Part shown: positions 19,165-29,150 of the stretch, piece after piece
Numbering within the stretch: the stretch's first letter is position 1
Layout of the letters: each line of letters begins with the position of its first letter
NCBI GenBank assembly: GCA_030604405.1
Contig: JAUVVY010000019.1
Location: 8,138 to 72,137 of the forward strand
DNA from: a bacterium
GTDB taxonomy: Bacteria > Armatimonadota > Zipacnadia > Zipacnadales > UBA11051
DNA: 64,000 nt
Direction of reading: 5' to 3'
Translations under genes and position numbers: made by a program
Notes under the pieces: generated by a model
Database searches by the model: none
Told to the model about the DNA's origin: nothing
The model's input: the letters and a program-made list of their open reading frames with translations, nothing else

Positions 19165-20358
19165 TCACAAGGGCACTGCGAGGCGGCGGCCCTCCTCGGC
19201 TGAAACGTAGGCAGCATAGATCACTGCGACAACATCGTGCGCCAGCAGCCAGCCTGATAGCGGTTCGCGGTCCTCGGCGATGACCTCCATGAAATCCTGC
19301 ATCTCCTGAGGGTACCCGCTGGCCCAGTGCTCGTCGGGTGATGCAAAGTTCCAACCTCGGCGCGTTGAGATTTTCTCGGCCAGGTACTCATCGCCGAAGC
19401 TGTTGTCTGCCGGCCCGTAGGCCACCACCTGGTCGTTGGGGTTGATATGGCAGCGGATGCGTCCGTTGGAGCAGAACAGTTCCATGTAGTTGTAGATGCC
19501 GCCCAGCACAACATCGGAAGAGATCACCTCGGCCACCGAGCCGTCCTCGAAGGTTATCAACGCCGCGCCCCAGTCCTCGCAATCAACCAGATCGTGCCTG
19601 AGGTATTTTGGCTCCTCAGCCAGGAAGCTTTCCATCTTCGTCAAATTGCCTATCTCCGCGACGACGGAGACGGGCCGAATCGGCTTGCCATGCTTGTGCA
19701 GGCCCTCGAATTGTTTCATGTGCAAGACTGCGCCCACTGGATGCGAGCCGGTGCGCAGAAGCGAGCCGCCGCCGGCCAGCGACCAGTGTGTGACATAGGA
19801 GGCGTGTGAGCCGGAGTGTGATTCTTCGGCGTGCAGTCGCATGATCGTGCCGCCGCCCGACGCGATGAGGTTGCGGGCCTTTGCAACCGCCGGCGCATAG
19901 ACCCAATTCTCCGCGTACATGAACTTCACGCCGCTTGCCTCCAGCGCCTGCTCCAGCTCATCCATTCGTGCCAGCGTATGGTCGAGCATCTGCTGGCGCG
20001 GCACCGTATCGCCGATGAGTTCGTCCCGGTCATGGCCGGCAGCGGCGGTGTAGCCGGTAAGCGGCTTTTCCAGGATGACATGCTTGCCCGCCTCGGCAGC
20101 CTGCAGCGCCATCGGCAGATGCAGATTGGTCGGCACGCACAGGTCCACCACATCAATCTGCTCGTCAGCGAGGAGTTGATCGTAGGTCTCGTATTTCGCT
20201 GGGATATTGTGTTCTTGTGCGAACCTGATGGCATTGTCGAAGTGCCCGGACGCGACCGCCACGACCTCGGCTTGCATGCCGACTAGCTTGCGGACGACCT
20301 CTGTGTGAAAGCTCGCCGCGAACCCGGTGCCTACCATTCCGATGTTGACTTGTTTCAT
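19165..20358 (-). CDS. Gfo/Idh/MocA family oxidoreductase
   Basis: IGMVGTGF, AGKHVILEKP, GGG.LL..G.H. Confidence 0.92.
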   Translation of the reverse strand: MKQVNIGMVGTGFAASFHTEVVRKLVGMQAEVVAVASGHFDNAIRFAQEHNIPAKYETYDQLLADEQIDVVDLCVPTNLHLPMALQAAEAGKHVILEKPLTGYTAAAGHDRDELIGDTVPRQQMLDHTLARMDELEQALEASGVKFMYAENWVYAPAVAKARNLIASGGGTIMRLHAEESHSGSHASYVTHWSLAGGGSLLRTGSHPVGAVLHMKQFEGLHKHGKPIRPVSVVAEIGNLTKMESFLAEEPKYLRHDLVDCEDWGAALITFEDGSVAEVISSDVVLGGIYNYMELFCSNGRIRCHINPNDQVVAYGPADNSFGDEYLAEKISTRRGWNFASPDEHWASGYPQEMQDFMEVIAEDREPLSGWLLAHDVVAVIYAAYVSAEEGRRLAVPL

Positions 20359-20387
20359 ATCTTTTCTCCCTGACTCCGTTCAGCGCC

Positions 20388-20491
20388 GTGGGCCAGTCTC
20401 AGGTGCGTTCGGCGCAGCCGAACGCACCTTCGGCAGGCCCCGCCAAGGGCTACAACAACGGCAAGGGAGTCGGGCTGGAAGCCCGACCCAC
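20388..20491. repeat. REPIN-like inverted REP pair with a nested perfect hairpin
   Basis: Starts GTGG; 13-bp hairpin AGGTGCGTTCGGC-gca-GCCGAACGCACCT; ends GTCGGGCTGGAAGCCCGAC-CCAC. Confidence 0.55.
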
Positions 20492-20909
20492 GGGAATAAA
20501 CTCGGGATGCCCGACAGGCTCCTCCATTACGACTAAGGACGCCACACCGTTGGTGTACAGCTTGAGTCGCCCAATACTTGCATAAATAGAGCTCCAGCCC
20601 GACATTAGCTATTGTGAGTTATGGTGCCTACATCTCGGTGATCTGCGTGCTCCAGCAGGGCGTGATCAGAACTGTGTCCTGCCCCCGGTCTTTGAGGGTA
20701 ACGTTTTCACGGCCGGCATTCGCTGCGCCTTGTGGGCGCGTAGGGTTTTCTTCCGCAGGCCGACGCGGCAATCCTGCCCAAAGAGACAACCGGCGGCACA
20801 ATTTGTCTGTCTTTAGCAGGTGTAATGTGGTCTGACGGCTAAATATGCGACTGTCCACGCAGAAGTAGATGGGTGCCGAGCCAGGCGGAGACCGATCGAA
20901 GGAGTAGCG

Positions 20910-21767
20910 ATGCTTGTAGAATTTCTCAGTCGGGCGATGTGGGCAGTTATTGGTATCCCGGCGCTGTTGATATTGGCCTATATGGGCGGCTGGTGGCTGT
21001 TTGTGCCTCTGGCGTTGCTGATTGTCGTTGGGCTGGCCGAGTACTACTCCGGGGCAATGGCAGGCGGCTATCGGCCGGCGGTGGGGCTTGGGTTCGCCGT
21101 GGGGGTCGGGGTGCTGGCAGCCACTATCTTCGCCCCGGGCAGCGCAACCGAGATCACCGTAGTGTTACTGGTAGCTTTGGCAGCCGGCTCGCTGGTGTCG
21201 GTGTTGCGCCCTGGATTCAAACACACGGCTGTGGCGAGTTCGGCGATTACCGTCTTCGGCGTCGTTTATGTGGCCGTGATGATGTCTTTCCTGGCGCGGC
21301 TATGTCAGGTGGATTTGCCGGCTGCAATCGGAGTAGAAGGCCTCGGTGAGTTCTGGCACCGCCTGGGCGCACTTGTGGTGGTGGTGATACCGGTCTGGTT
21401 CTGTGACACTTTCGCGTTCGTTGCGGGCAAGACCTGGGGGCAGCGGCGGCTGGCCCCGAATATCAGCCCGAATAAGAGCGTCGAAGGGGCGATCGCCGGT
21501 TTTCTGGCCGCATTGTTGTCCGCCTTGGCGATCACCATGTGGATGGGGATGCCGTGGTACCATAGTGTGATATTGGGGGTGCTGATCGGAAGTGTGACGC
21601 AGGTGGGCGACCTGTCAAGCTCAATATTGAAACGTAACCTCGAGATAGACGATTTCGGGACGATTTTCGGCGCCCACGGCGGGTTCCTCGATCGTTTTGA
21701 TGGCCTGCTTTTTAACATGCCGCTGGTTTACTATTACCTGTTATTCTTTTTCGTGATCCTGAAATAG
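20910..21767 (+). CDS. cdsA: Phosphatidate cytidylyltransferase
   Basis: DTFAF..GK.WG..LAPNISPNKSVEG, GDL.SS.LKR...IDDFG...HGGFLDRFD. Confidence 0.95.
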   Translation: MLVEFLSRAMWAVIGIPALLILAYMGGWWLFVPLALLIVVGLAEYYSGAMAGGYRPAVGLGFAVGVGVLAATIFAPGSATEITVVLLVALAAGSLVSVLRPGFKHTAVASSAITVFGVVYVAVMMSFLARLCQVDLPAAIGVEGLGEFWHRLGALVVVVIPVWFCDTFAFVAGKTWGQRRLAPNISPNKSVEGAIAGFLAALLSALAITMWMGMPWYHSVILGVLIGSVTQVGDLSSSILKRNLEIDDFGTIFGAHGGFLDRFDGLLFNMPLVYYYLLFFFVILK

Positions 21768-21870
21768 GCTGTAGGCGGCGCCCGGGGCTGGAACCCTAGT
21801 CATGCAGATTCTGCTCAACTCAAGTTGTAGGCCGTTTCGGTGTGCAGGTCTCGCCACTATAGCGTCGTGC

Positions 21871-22021
21871 GTGGGCCGGCCTCCTTGCGGTCGTCGGAGA
21901 CGACCGCAACTCGACGCGGCCCTTCCAACAGATGGGCAATGTGCAATGGGAGGCCCTTGCAGGGCTCTAAACTCCTTTTACGATTAGAAATCTGTAGAGC
22001 TACAGTGGAAGCCCGAGCTAC
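21871..22021. repeat. Degenerate REPIN-like element with nested hairpins
   Basis: GTGGGCCG..., hairpin TTGCGGTCGTC-gga-GACGACCGCAA, right end TGGAAGCCCGAGCTAC (reverse complement GTAGCTCGGGCTTCCA). Confidence 0.5.
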
Positions 22022-22074
22022 GCGACATACTTAGCCAATACTAAGTAGCGCGCACTAAGTCTATCAATGACTGG

Positions 22075-22983
22075 TTGCGTCAGGCTGAGAACCCAATGCT
22101 GGTGATAGCAAATCCGACAGCAAGATTGGTCGGCAGGACAGTACGGGTCGGCGATGTGGTGCAACGTCTGCTGGAGGCTGGGGCGAGCCCGCAAGTAGCA
22201 CTGACCCGACAGAAGGGCGATGCGCGCAGACTTGCAGCAACTGCCGCCGAGGCCGGTCACGAGCGCATTGTAGTTGCCGGCGGCGATGGCACCGTGAATG
22301 AGGTCATCCAGGAGATAGCCTCAACGCCGATGGAGTTGGCCGTGATTCCCCTGGGAACAGGCAACATCTTAGGGAGATACCTGGGGCTGCGGGCCGGCGA
22401 ACTGGCCAAAGCCAGCCGTTTGGCAGTCCATGGCCAGGCCAGTCCCATAGATCTGGGCGTCATGGGTGGGCACAATTTTGTAGGCATGGCCGGTGCAGGC
22501 TTGGACGCAGAGATAGTAGATAAGATCAGCAAGCCGTGGAAGGAGATCGTCGGCTGGCTGGCGTTTGCCGGCCAGGCTGTGCAGGCGATACTTACTGAGG
22601 AGCCGAAGCACCTGGAATTGACGTTCGAAGAACAGAGCTTTGCCGGTTCTATGTGGGGCGTTTTCGTAGCAAATCTGCCAGGCTATGGTTACCGGGTGGA
22701 GCTTTCCAGGAATGCCCAGTGCGACGATGGGCTGCTGGACTTTGTCATTCTGCACGACAGAGGCCAGGCCGACCTGCTCAACTTCGGGTTAGATACCTTC
22801 GTGTGGGGTGCGCCCGCCGACGATCACCATGCGGCCACGGTTGTGCAGGGCAGATACCTGAAAATAGAAGCCGAAAAGCCGGTGAAATGGCAAACCGATG
22901 GGGAGATAATGGGGGAGACGCCGGTGGAATGTACCATCGAGCCGGGCGCTTTGCAGCTTGTGAGCAAACTGCCAGATGAGTGA
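22075..22983 (+). CDS. Diacylglycerol/lipid kinase family protein (YegS/DgkB-like)
   Basis: IANPTA, VAGGDGTVNEV, IPLGTGN, DDGLLD, QTDGE. Confidence 0.92.
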   Translation: MRQAENPMLVIANPTARLVGRTVRVGDVVQRLLEAGASPQVALTRQKGDARRLAATAAEAGHERIVVAGGDGTVNEVIQEIASTPMELAVIPLGTGNILGRYLGLRAGELAKASRLAVHGQASPIDLGVMGGHNFVGMAGAGLDAEIVDKISKPWKEIVGWLAFAGQAVQAILTEEPKHLELTFEEQSFAGSMWGVFVANLPGYGYRVELSRNAQCDDGLLDFVILHDRGQADLLNFGLDTFVWGAPADDHHAATVVQGRYLKIEAEKPVKWQTDGEIMGETPVECTIEPGALQLVSKLPDE

Positions 22984-23043
22984 CTGCATCGCAAGATCAG
23001 CCGCTAAGAGGCACCATAGTTATAAGGACTCGGGAGGTCATAG

Positions 23044-24138
23044 ATGATCATCGGAGTACCGACGGAGATTAAGGAGGGAGAATACCGGGTGGCTGTCACA
23101 CCCGCCGGCACGCATGCGCTGGTGGCTGACGGCCATCAGGTACTCGTCCAACAAGGAGCAGGGGAAGGCAGCAGCATCAGTGATGAAGAGTACAGCGGTA
23201 CCGGTGCGGGGTTGGTGTCGGGGCCGGAAGATGTCTTCGGACGCGCCGAGATGATAATGAAGGTCAAGGAGCCGGTAGCGTCCGAGTATGGAATGCTCAA
23301 GAAAGGCCAGACGCTGTTCACCTATCTGCACCTGGCGTCTTCGGAGGAACTGACCAAGGCGCTACTCGACGCAGCAATAGTTGGTGTCGCCTACGAGACG
23401 GTACAGAGAGATGACGGGCACCTGCCACTGCTCGAGCCGATGAGCGAGGTGGCGGGAAAGATGGCCGCCGAGGTGGCCGCGCAATGCCTGCAGAAGCACT
23501 CCGGCGGTCGCGGCGTATTGATGGGAGGTGTGACCGGTGTGGCGCCGGCCGAGGTGGTAGTCCTCGGATGCGGCACAGTTGGGGCCTGCGCCATCAAGGT
23601 CGCAGCCGGCATGGGAGCGCACGTGTCCGCCTTCGACATTAACACGCAGCGGCTTGCCTACCTTGACGATATCTACGGAGCCGCGGTTACGACCCTGTAC
23701 AGCAGCCCACTGGCTGTGGCCGAGGCCGTCGAGCAGGCCGATGTGGTAATCGGCGCAGTGCTGATACCCGGAGCGCGTGCCCCGCATGTGGTGACACAAG
23801 ACATGATAAAGGCCATGAGGCCAGGCGCGGTCATCGTTGACGTGTCAATTGACCAGGGCGGCTGTGTGGAAAACATAAGGCCCACCAGCCACGCAGAGCC
23901 TATATACGTTGAATACGGTGTCGTCCACTATGCGGTGACCAATATCCCCGCAGCAGTGCCGCGGACCTCAACATACGCCCTGACCAACGCCACACTGCCC
24001 TATGCTCGTAAGATCGGCGACCTGGGCATTGTGAGGGCGATGGAGGAGGATGCAGCTCTGGCCCGCGGGCTGAATGTAGCTGACGGCGAGATCAAATGCC
24101 CCGGTGTCAGGGAGGCGTTCCCGCACCTGGTCAGCTAA
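23044..24138 (+). CDS. ald: Alanine dehydrogenase
   Basis: MIIGVPTEIK.GEYRVA.TP, KVKEP, LFTYLHLA, PMSEVAG, VDVSIDQGGC. Confidence 0.97.
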   Translation: MIIGVPTEIKEGEYRVAVTPAGTHALVADGHQVLVQQGAGEGSSISDEEYSGTGAGLVSGPEDVFGRAEMIMKVKEPVASEYGMLKKGQTLFTYLHLASSEELTKALLDAAIVGVAYETVQRDDGHLPLLEPMSEVAGKMAAEVAAQCLQKHSGGRGVLMGGVTGVAPAEVVVLGCGTVGACAIKVAAGMGAHVSAFDINTQRLAYLDDIYGAAVTTLYSSPLAVAEAVEQADVVIGAVLIPGARAPHVVTQDMIKAMRPGAVIVDVSIDQGGCVENIRPTSHAEPIYVEYGVVHYAVTNIPAAVPRTSTYALTNATLPYARKIGDLGIVRAMEEDAALARGLNVADGEIKCPGVREAFPHLVS

Positions 24139-24160
24139 ATCCGAAGCCGCAAAAAGCAGG

Positions 24161-24190
24161 GCGCGCAACTGTATTCGAGTTGCGCGCTTT
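24161..24190 (+). terminator. Rho-independent terminator
   Basis: GCGCGCAACT...AGTTGCGCGC followed by a T-rich tract after ald. Confidence 0.7.
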
Positions 24191-24233
24191 ATTCTTTTGG
24201 GTGGTCTCATATTGTGAGAGACGTAGGTCCTTC

Positions 24234-25925
24234 CTATTTGGCCGCAGTCTGGTTATGTTCCGCAACCCGGCGCAGGCGCGGCAATGCCTCGCTGAAGACG
24301 TAAATCGCCAGCGCGATCAGTACCACGCAAATGCTGCCAAGCAGATAGTTGGGTGAGTCGCCGAAAAACAGCGCGTATCCCTGGTACATCAGGGCCGCCA
24401 CTGTGGTAATCAGGATGAAGATGCCGGGCACGATCACGTACACGCTGGGCTTGCCCACGCCGATCAGATAAATGGCAACGACCAGTAGGGCGAGGGCGGC
24501 GATCAACTGGTTAGCGGCACCGAAGACAGGCCAGAGGAACTTGCCGGTGCCGGAGAGGCCGAGATAGGCTGCGGGTATTACCGTGATGATGCTGGCGAGC
24601 CAGCGGTTCTGCAGCGGCTTGATGCGATCGCCGAAAGTCTCGCTCAGCACGAACCGCCCCAGACGAGTGCAGGTATCGAGAGTGTCCAGAAGCGTCGCGT
24701 TGAGAACGATAGCGGCTACCAGTACCCCGGCCTGGAAGGTGATGAATGGCAGGCCCATGTGGGTCAGGTTCGCAAAGCCTCGGATGAACGCAACCGCTGG
24801 CCCACCGCCTTCGGGGTCCTCCATGAGGTCCAAGAGCACCAGGGACTTGCCGTCAGGCCCGAAATGGGAGCCGGCCCAGTACAGGCCCGCTCCCACCAGG
24901 AAGACGACCGATACGGCCTGTGCGGCTTCGAACACCATGCTGCCATAGGCGATCGGGAGGCCCTGCTTTTCATTGCCGAGTTGCTTGACTGTAGTGCCGC
25001 CGGCGACCAGAGCGTGGAAGCCGGAGGCCGCACCACACGCGACCAAGATGAACAGCATCGGCCAGATCGGGCCCTGCTTGGCCACAACTGCTACATGAGC
25101 CGGCGCCTCCAGCGGGGCATTGGCCGCGAAGATAGCGACAAAACCAAGGCCGATGCCGACGACCATCAGCATGGAGCTCAAATAATCGCGGGGCTGTTCC
25201 AGGAACCAGATGGGCAGGACCGATGCGAGCAGACAATACACCATCAAAACGCCGAACCAGACGACGAACGGGTCGCCCATTGACGTGGGAAGCTCCAGAG
25301 GCCATACGTAACCCGCCCACAGCAACAACCCGAGCAGCACCGCCCCGATTAGAGTCACCACCCACAGCGGCTGGCGCCACTTGTAGATGGCCAGGCCGAT
25401 GACCATGGCCGCCACAAGCAGGCCGGCGTTGGGAATAACAACGCTGGGTGCGGTGATGAGTGTCTTGGCGGCCAGTATCCCGAACATCGCAACGATGAGT
25501 ATCAGGGCGAGCCACAAGAACATTCCCATCACGACACTAGCACGCTTGCCGACGAGGCGGCCGGCGATGTCAGAGATGCTCTTGCCCTCATTGCGTGCGG
25601 ACATCATCAGGGACAGGTAGTCGTGCACGCCGCCGATAAAGATGGTGCCGAGGACAATCCAGCCGAGTGTCGCCGCCCAGCCGAAATACGCCACGGCGAT
25701 TACAGGGCCGACGATAGGGCCGGCGCCGGCGATGTTGGTGAAGTGGTGGCCGAACAGCATCAGCGGCCGAGCCGGCTCGTAGTCTATTCCGTCCCGCAGC
25801 GCGAAGGCCGGGGTCTCGGCGTCCGGGTCGGGCTCGACGATCCGGCGCTCGACAAAACGGCCGTAGAAGTAATAACCCAGCGCCAGCAGAATCAACGCCC
25901 CCACCGTCAGAAGTGCACTGCTCAT
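24234..25925 (-). CDS. cstA: Carbon starvation protein A family transporter
   Basis: TPA...DGIDYEP, FGHHF.NIAGAGPIVGP, GGVHDY, QPRDY, ACGA.SGFH, WPVFGAANQL. Confidence 0.95.
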   Translation of the reverse strand: MSSALLTVGALILLALGYYFYGRFVERRIVEPDPDAETPAFALRDGIDYEPARPLMLFGHHFTNIAGAGPIVGPVIAVAYFGWAATLGWIVLGTIFIGGVHDYLSLMMSARNEGKSISDIAGRLVGKRASVVMGMFLWLALILIVAMFGILAAKTLITAPSVVIPNAGLLVAAMVIGLAIYKWRQPLWVVTLIGAVLLGLLLWAGYVWPLELPTSMGDPFVVWFGVLMVYCLLASVLPIWFLEQPRDYLSSMLMVVGIGLGFVAIFAANAPLEAPAHVAVVAKQGPIWPMLFILVACGAASGFHALVAGGTTVKQLGNEKQGLPIAYGSMVFEAAQAVSVVFLVGAGLYWAGSHFGPDGKSLVLLDLMEDPEGGGPAVAFIRGFANLTHMGLPFITFQAGVLVAAIVLNATLLDTLDTCTRLGRFVLSETFGDRIKPLQNRWLASIITVIPAAYLGLSGTGKFLWPVFGAANQLIAALALLVVAIYLIGVGKPSVYVIVPGIFILITTVAALMYQGYALFFGDSPNYLLGSICVVLIALAIYVFSEALPRLRRVAEHNQTAAK

Positions 25926-26039
25926 GAGTGCAAGCCTCCAGTCCCAGCATGTTAACACGTTCACTTACGATCAGCCCCGGCTTAGCAAGCCGGGCTTTGT
26001 TGTCATTTCTATCCTATGAGCCTTCTGCAAACTGATGAA

Positions 26040-27086
26040 TTATCCGGGTTGGGACGGAACGCTCACGCCCTGCAATACGAGAACTTGGTCGAGCACGGAG
26101 GCATAATAGTCATCGCTCCGGCAACGCTCGTAGCGCGCCGTGGTGCGCTCAAACCAGTCGGCAGGGAAGCGCGAGTTGTCAATAATGTGGGGCGCAATCA
26201 GCGGGCCGTGACTGGGTTCGAAGAGGTCAAGCAAATTGCCGCGATAGTGCGCGCGACAATACGCCTCGATTACGCGGCGCGGATTTGCGTGCATCCTGCT
26301 GGCCAACTTGGCGACTGAGAAATAGCCCTCATAGTGGTGTATGTCCTCAGGCCTGATCCAGGAGTTCTGCAGCAGAGAAACCCAATGCTCTCGGTCTGCG
26401 TAATAGTTCCAGCAGAGACTCGGATTCCAGCCGCCGACGTTGATCGTGTCAGCGATCTCGGCCTCGTGCGCCACCAAATTGTCATGAAAGACCTGCCCCG
26501 AGCAGAAGCTCATGCAGCCACTATTGACCAGGAAGTACAGGTCCTTGGCATTGGCGTCGGTCCACGCCTTGATTTGCTTGATTCGCTGCAAGTCGCGATT
26601 GTACTCGCGCTGGAGATAGAAGCTGTCGAAGAACTCGGCCACATATTCCATCGCTTTGACCGTGCCGATGCGCATATTGACCGACGCGCGAACGTCAATT
26701 TGGGGGAAGTATTGCTGGACGGTGCGGGCGACCATCAATGATGTGGTCGTGATTGCGTGCAGGCCTGTGGTTTCAAGCAAGTGTTCAATGATTGAACAGA
26801 CGCGGTTGGCGAGGGCTTGCGAGAGGCTGTGGCCGCCGTAGCAATTGGCGTTGAACAGCAGGTCGAGTTTGATCCCCATGTCCCTAAAGACACGCAAATC
26901 ATCTTCGAGTCTGCTCTGCCCATCCCAGTCAACGAACCCGCTGCGACTGGTCATTGGCGAGCGGCCGCTGGGCATGTCAAGCCAGGGGAAGTACACTTCG
27001 TCAATCTGCCGGGGAAGGTCCGCCACGATCCGCGTAAGCGGCTCTTCGTCCTGTTCGGGCAATTGGTAGCCGACGGCGAACTTCAT
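26040..27086 (-). CDS. Peptidase U32-like (putative Fe-S) protein
   Basis: LLFNANC, ASVN..I, REYNRDL, LVNSGCMSFC...H, WIRPEDI..Y, KLASR. Confidence 0.7.
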   Translation of the reverse strand: MKFAVGYQLPEQDEEPLTRIVADLPRQIDEVYFPWLDMPSGRSPMTSRSGFVDWDGQSRLEDDLRVFRDMGIKLDLLFNANCYGGHSLSQALANRVCSIIEHLLETTGLHAITTTSLMVARTVQQYFPQIDVRASVNMRIGTVKAMEYVAEFFDSFYLQREYNRDLQRIKQIKAWTDANAKDLYFLVNSGCMSFCSGQVFHDNLVAHEAEIADTINVGGWNPSLCWNYYADREHWVSLLQNSWIRPEDIHHYEGYFSVAKLASRMHANPRRVIEAYCRAHYRGNLLDLFEPSHGPLIAPHIIDNSRFPADWFERTTARYERCRSDDYYASVLDQVLVLQGVSVPSQPG

Positions 27087-27092
27087 GGTACG

Positions 27093-28052
27093 TCACAGTC
27101 TCCAGGGCTTTCTTCTGCAGAACGGTTGCTTGAACTTGTTCTCGAGTTTCTCCTGTTCCTCGAGATGCATCATGCAGGCGCGAATACACCCGCGCGCGCC
27201 TTCGAGGGCCCTGCCGTACACGTACATGGGAGGCACTTTGTAGCGCTGTCCCTGGCCTACGGGCTGGGCGAAGCCTTCTTCATCTTCAGGACAAGTCATG
27301 AACGGATTGTATTCTTTGCTTGCACCGCAGAAGTAGCGACTGCACTTGTGATAGTCTATCTCTCCCCATTCCAGGTCCCTGCCGGCCACCGTAACTTTCA
27401 CCGTATTGGTGGTGCTTATCGCCTGTCCGGTGCATTGTTCGGCACAGAGCATGCACCTGTCGCAAAGCTGGGGGCCATCATAGAGAGGGTCAGGCTCAAG
27501 CGGGGCGTCGGTGATAACGGCTGCGAGTCTTTGCCTGGGGCCGAACTGCGGGCTGAGAAACATCTTGCTGTAGCCGATCTCGCCCAGTCCGGCACAGAAA
27601 GCGGCAATGCGCATGTGGATGAAGACGTCGGGAGCGGGCCTGTCCGGAGATACGGGGCGGCTCCAGGTCTCGCGCAATTGTCCGGTCAGTTCCGGGTTCT
27701 GGCCGCTGATGTCCGTATTCGTCCAGGGGAAGTTGTTGGGTATCGGAACCGCCTCGTAGCCCTCGTCTTCGAGTAGCTTGCAGAAGTTCCAGAGGACCAC
27801 AGGCTGATAGACAAAGTTTATTGCGGCGTAGCCCATGCCTGAGTAAGCCACAAAGAATGTCCCCTCCTCGATGCCGCGCAGGGCGCCCCGCAAGATGCGA
27901 AAGCCCATCACAATCATCGCTTTTGCATCGGGGAAAATGTAGCGCGGGTCCATCTGCTTCGGCGCACCTTCGAAGCGATCCATGGAGGTAATGCCGACAA
28001 TATCGGCACCACATTCCTTGGCGTAGGCTTTCACTTGCTCTGAAGTGACCAT
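27093..28052 (-). CDS. QueG/reductive dehalogenase-like 4Fe-4S protein, possibly corrinoid-binding
   Basis: AKECGADIVGI, AAFCAGLGEIG, PQFGPRQR...ITDAPLEPD, CDRCMLCAEQC, GCIRAC. Confidence 0.8.
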   Translation of the reverse strand: MVTSEQVKAYAKECGADIVGITSMDRFEGAPKQMDPRYIFPDAKAMIVMGFRILRGALRGIEEGTFFVAYSGMGYAAINFVYQPVVLWNFCKLLEDEGYEAVPIPNNFPWTNTDISGQNPELTGQLRETWSRPVSPDRPAPDVFIHMRIAAFCAGLGEIGYSKMFLSPQFGPRQRLAAVITDAPLEPDPLYDGPQLCDRCMLCAEQCTGQAISTTNTVKVTVAGRDLEWGEIDYHKCSRYFCGASKEYNPFMTCPEDEEGFAQPVGQGQRYKVPPMYVYGRALEGARGCIRACMMHLEEQEKLENKFKQPFCRRKPWRL

Positions 28053-28145
28053 GCTATTACCTCCATGTCCTGTTGCTCTCTTTATTGGAGGAGCTTGGGA
28101 GCCGAGACGCCTACGCAAGTTGGTGCTTGTACGCAGCTTCTGTGT

Positions 28146-29081
28146 CTAGCTTTCGCCACAGCGGTCGAGCAACTGCTCCCATTTGTAGTCAACGCGCTCC
28201 TGGATCTGCCTGCGGACCTCCTCGCCCTGGTCGCCCTTGAACAGATGGCGGAAGCGGCCCTGCTTGCTGAGGAATTCGTCAACAGGCACCTTCTCCTTCG
28301 GCCTGTAATTAAGCTTCCACTCGCCGTGATCCACTTCGTAAAGCGGCCAGAAGCAAGTATCGGCGGCGAGCTGGGAGATGGATACGGTCTCTTCAGGAGC
28401 ACAGCGCCAGCCGAGTGGGCATGGTGTCAATACATTGATGAACGAAGGCCCATCAATCTCGAAGGCGCGCTCGGCCTTGCGGGTAATGTCGCGCCAACGG
28501 CCTGGGATGGTCTGGGCCGCATAAGGCATATCATGGGCCGCCATGCACGCCGTGAGGTCCTTCTGGTACTTGGTCTTGCCCGGGATGAGTTTGCCGGCGG
28601 GACTGGTGGTGGTGTTCGCTCCCAGCGGGCTTGCAGATGAGCGTTGGATACCTGTATTCATGTAAGCCTGGTTGTTGAGACAGACGTACAGGAGTTTGTG
28701 CCCGCGCTCCACAGCCCCGGACAAAGCCTGAAAGCCGATATCGTAGGTACCACCGTCACCGGCGAAGGCCACGAAGTTGTAATTAGTATCAGCATCAATC
28801 TTGCCCTGGTTCTTGAGCGACTGGTACATGGCCTCCATACCGGCCGCCACAGCAGCGGCATTTTCAAAGGCGATGTGAAGCCACGGGATAGTCCAGGCGG
28901 TGTAGGGGAAGATGGTGGTCGAGACTTCCAGACAGCCGGTGGCGTTAGCGGCAATGACCGGGTCGTCACTGGCGGCCAGAATCTGCTTGACGACTATAGG
29001 CTCACCGCAGCCCGGGCAGAGGCGATGACCGGCGGTTAAACGCACAGGGCTTTCGGAAAGCTGCTTCAAGTTCTTTGGCAT
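28146..29081 (-). CDS. porB: Pyruvate:ferredoxin oxidoreductase beta subunit (TPP-binding)
   Basis: GHRLCPGCG, ATGCLEV, FENAAA, GDGGTYDIG, YMNTGIQRS, PCPLGW. Confidence 0.95.
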   Translation of the reverse strand: MPKNLKQLSESPVRLTAGHRLCPGCGEPIVVKQILAASDDPVIAANATGCLEVSTTIFPYTAWTIPWLHIAFENAAAVAAGMEAMYQSLKNQGKIDADTNYNFVAFAGDGGTYDIGFQALSGAVERGHKLLYVCLNNQAYMNTGIQRSSASPLGANTTTSPAGKLIPGKTKYQKDLTACMAAHDMPYAAQTIPGRWRDITRKAERAFEIDGPSFINVLTPCPLGWRCAPEETVSISQLAADTCFWPLYEVDHGEWKLNYRPKEKVPVDEFLSKQGRFRHLFKGDQGEEVRRQIQERVDYKWEQLLDRCGES

Positions 29082-29150
29082 TGTAACCCTCCTATGGAAA
29101 TCCGACGCGGTTGAGTTTCTTTCAGCGGCTGCGAAGGCTTGCGCGCGCAG

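Noticed and set aside
20492-20900. Riboswitch or ncRNA in the long intergenic region before cdsA
   Set aside because: No recognisable motif beyond a REP remnant; an Rfam scan would be needed
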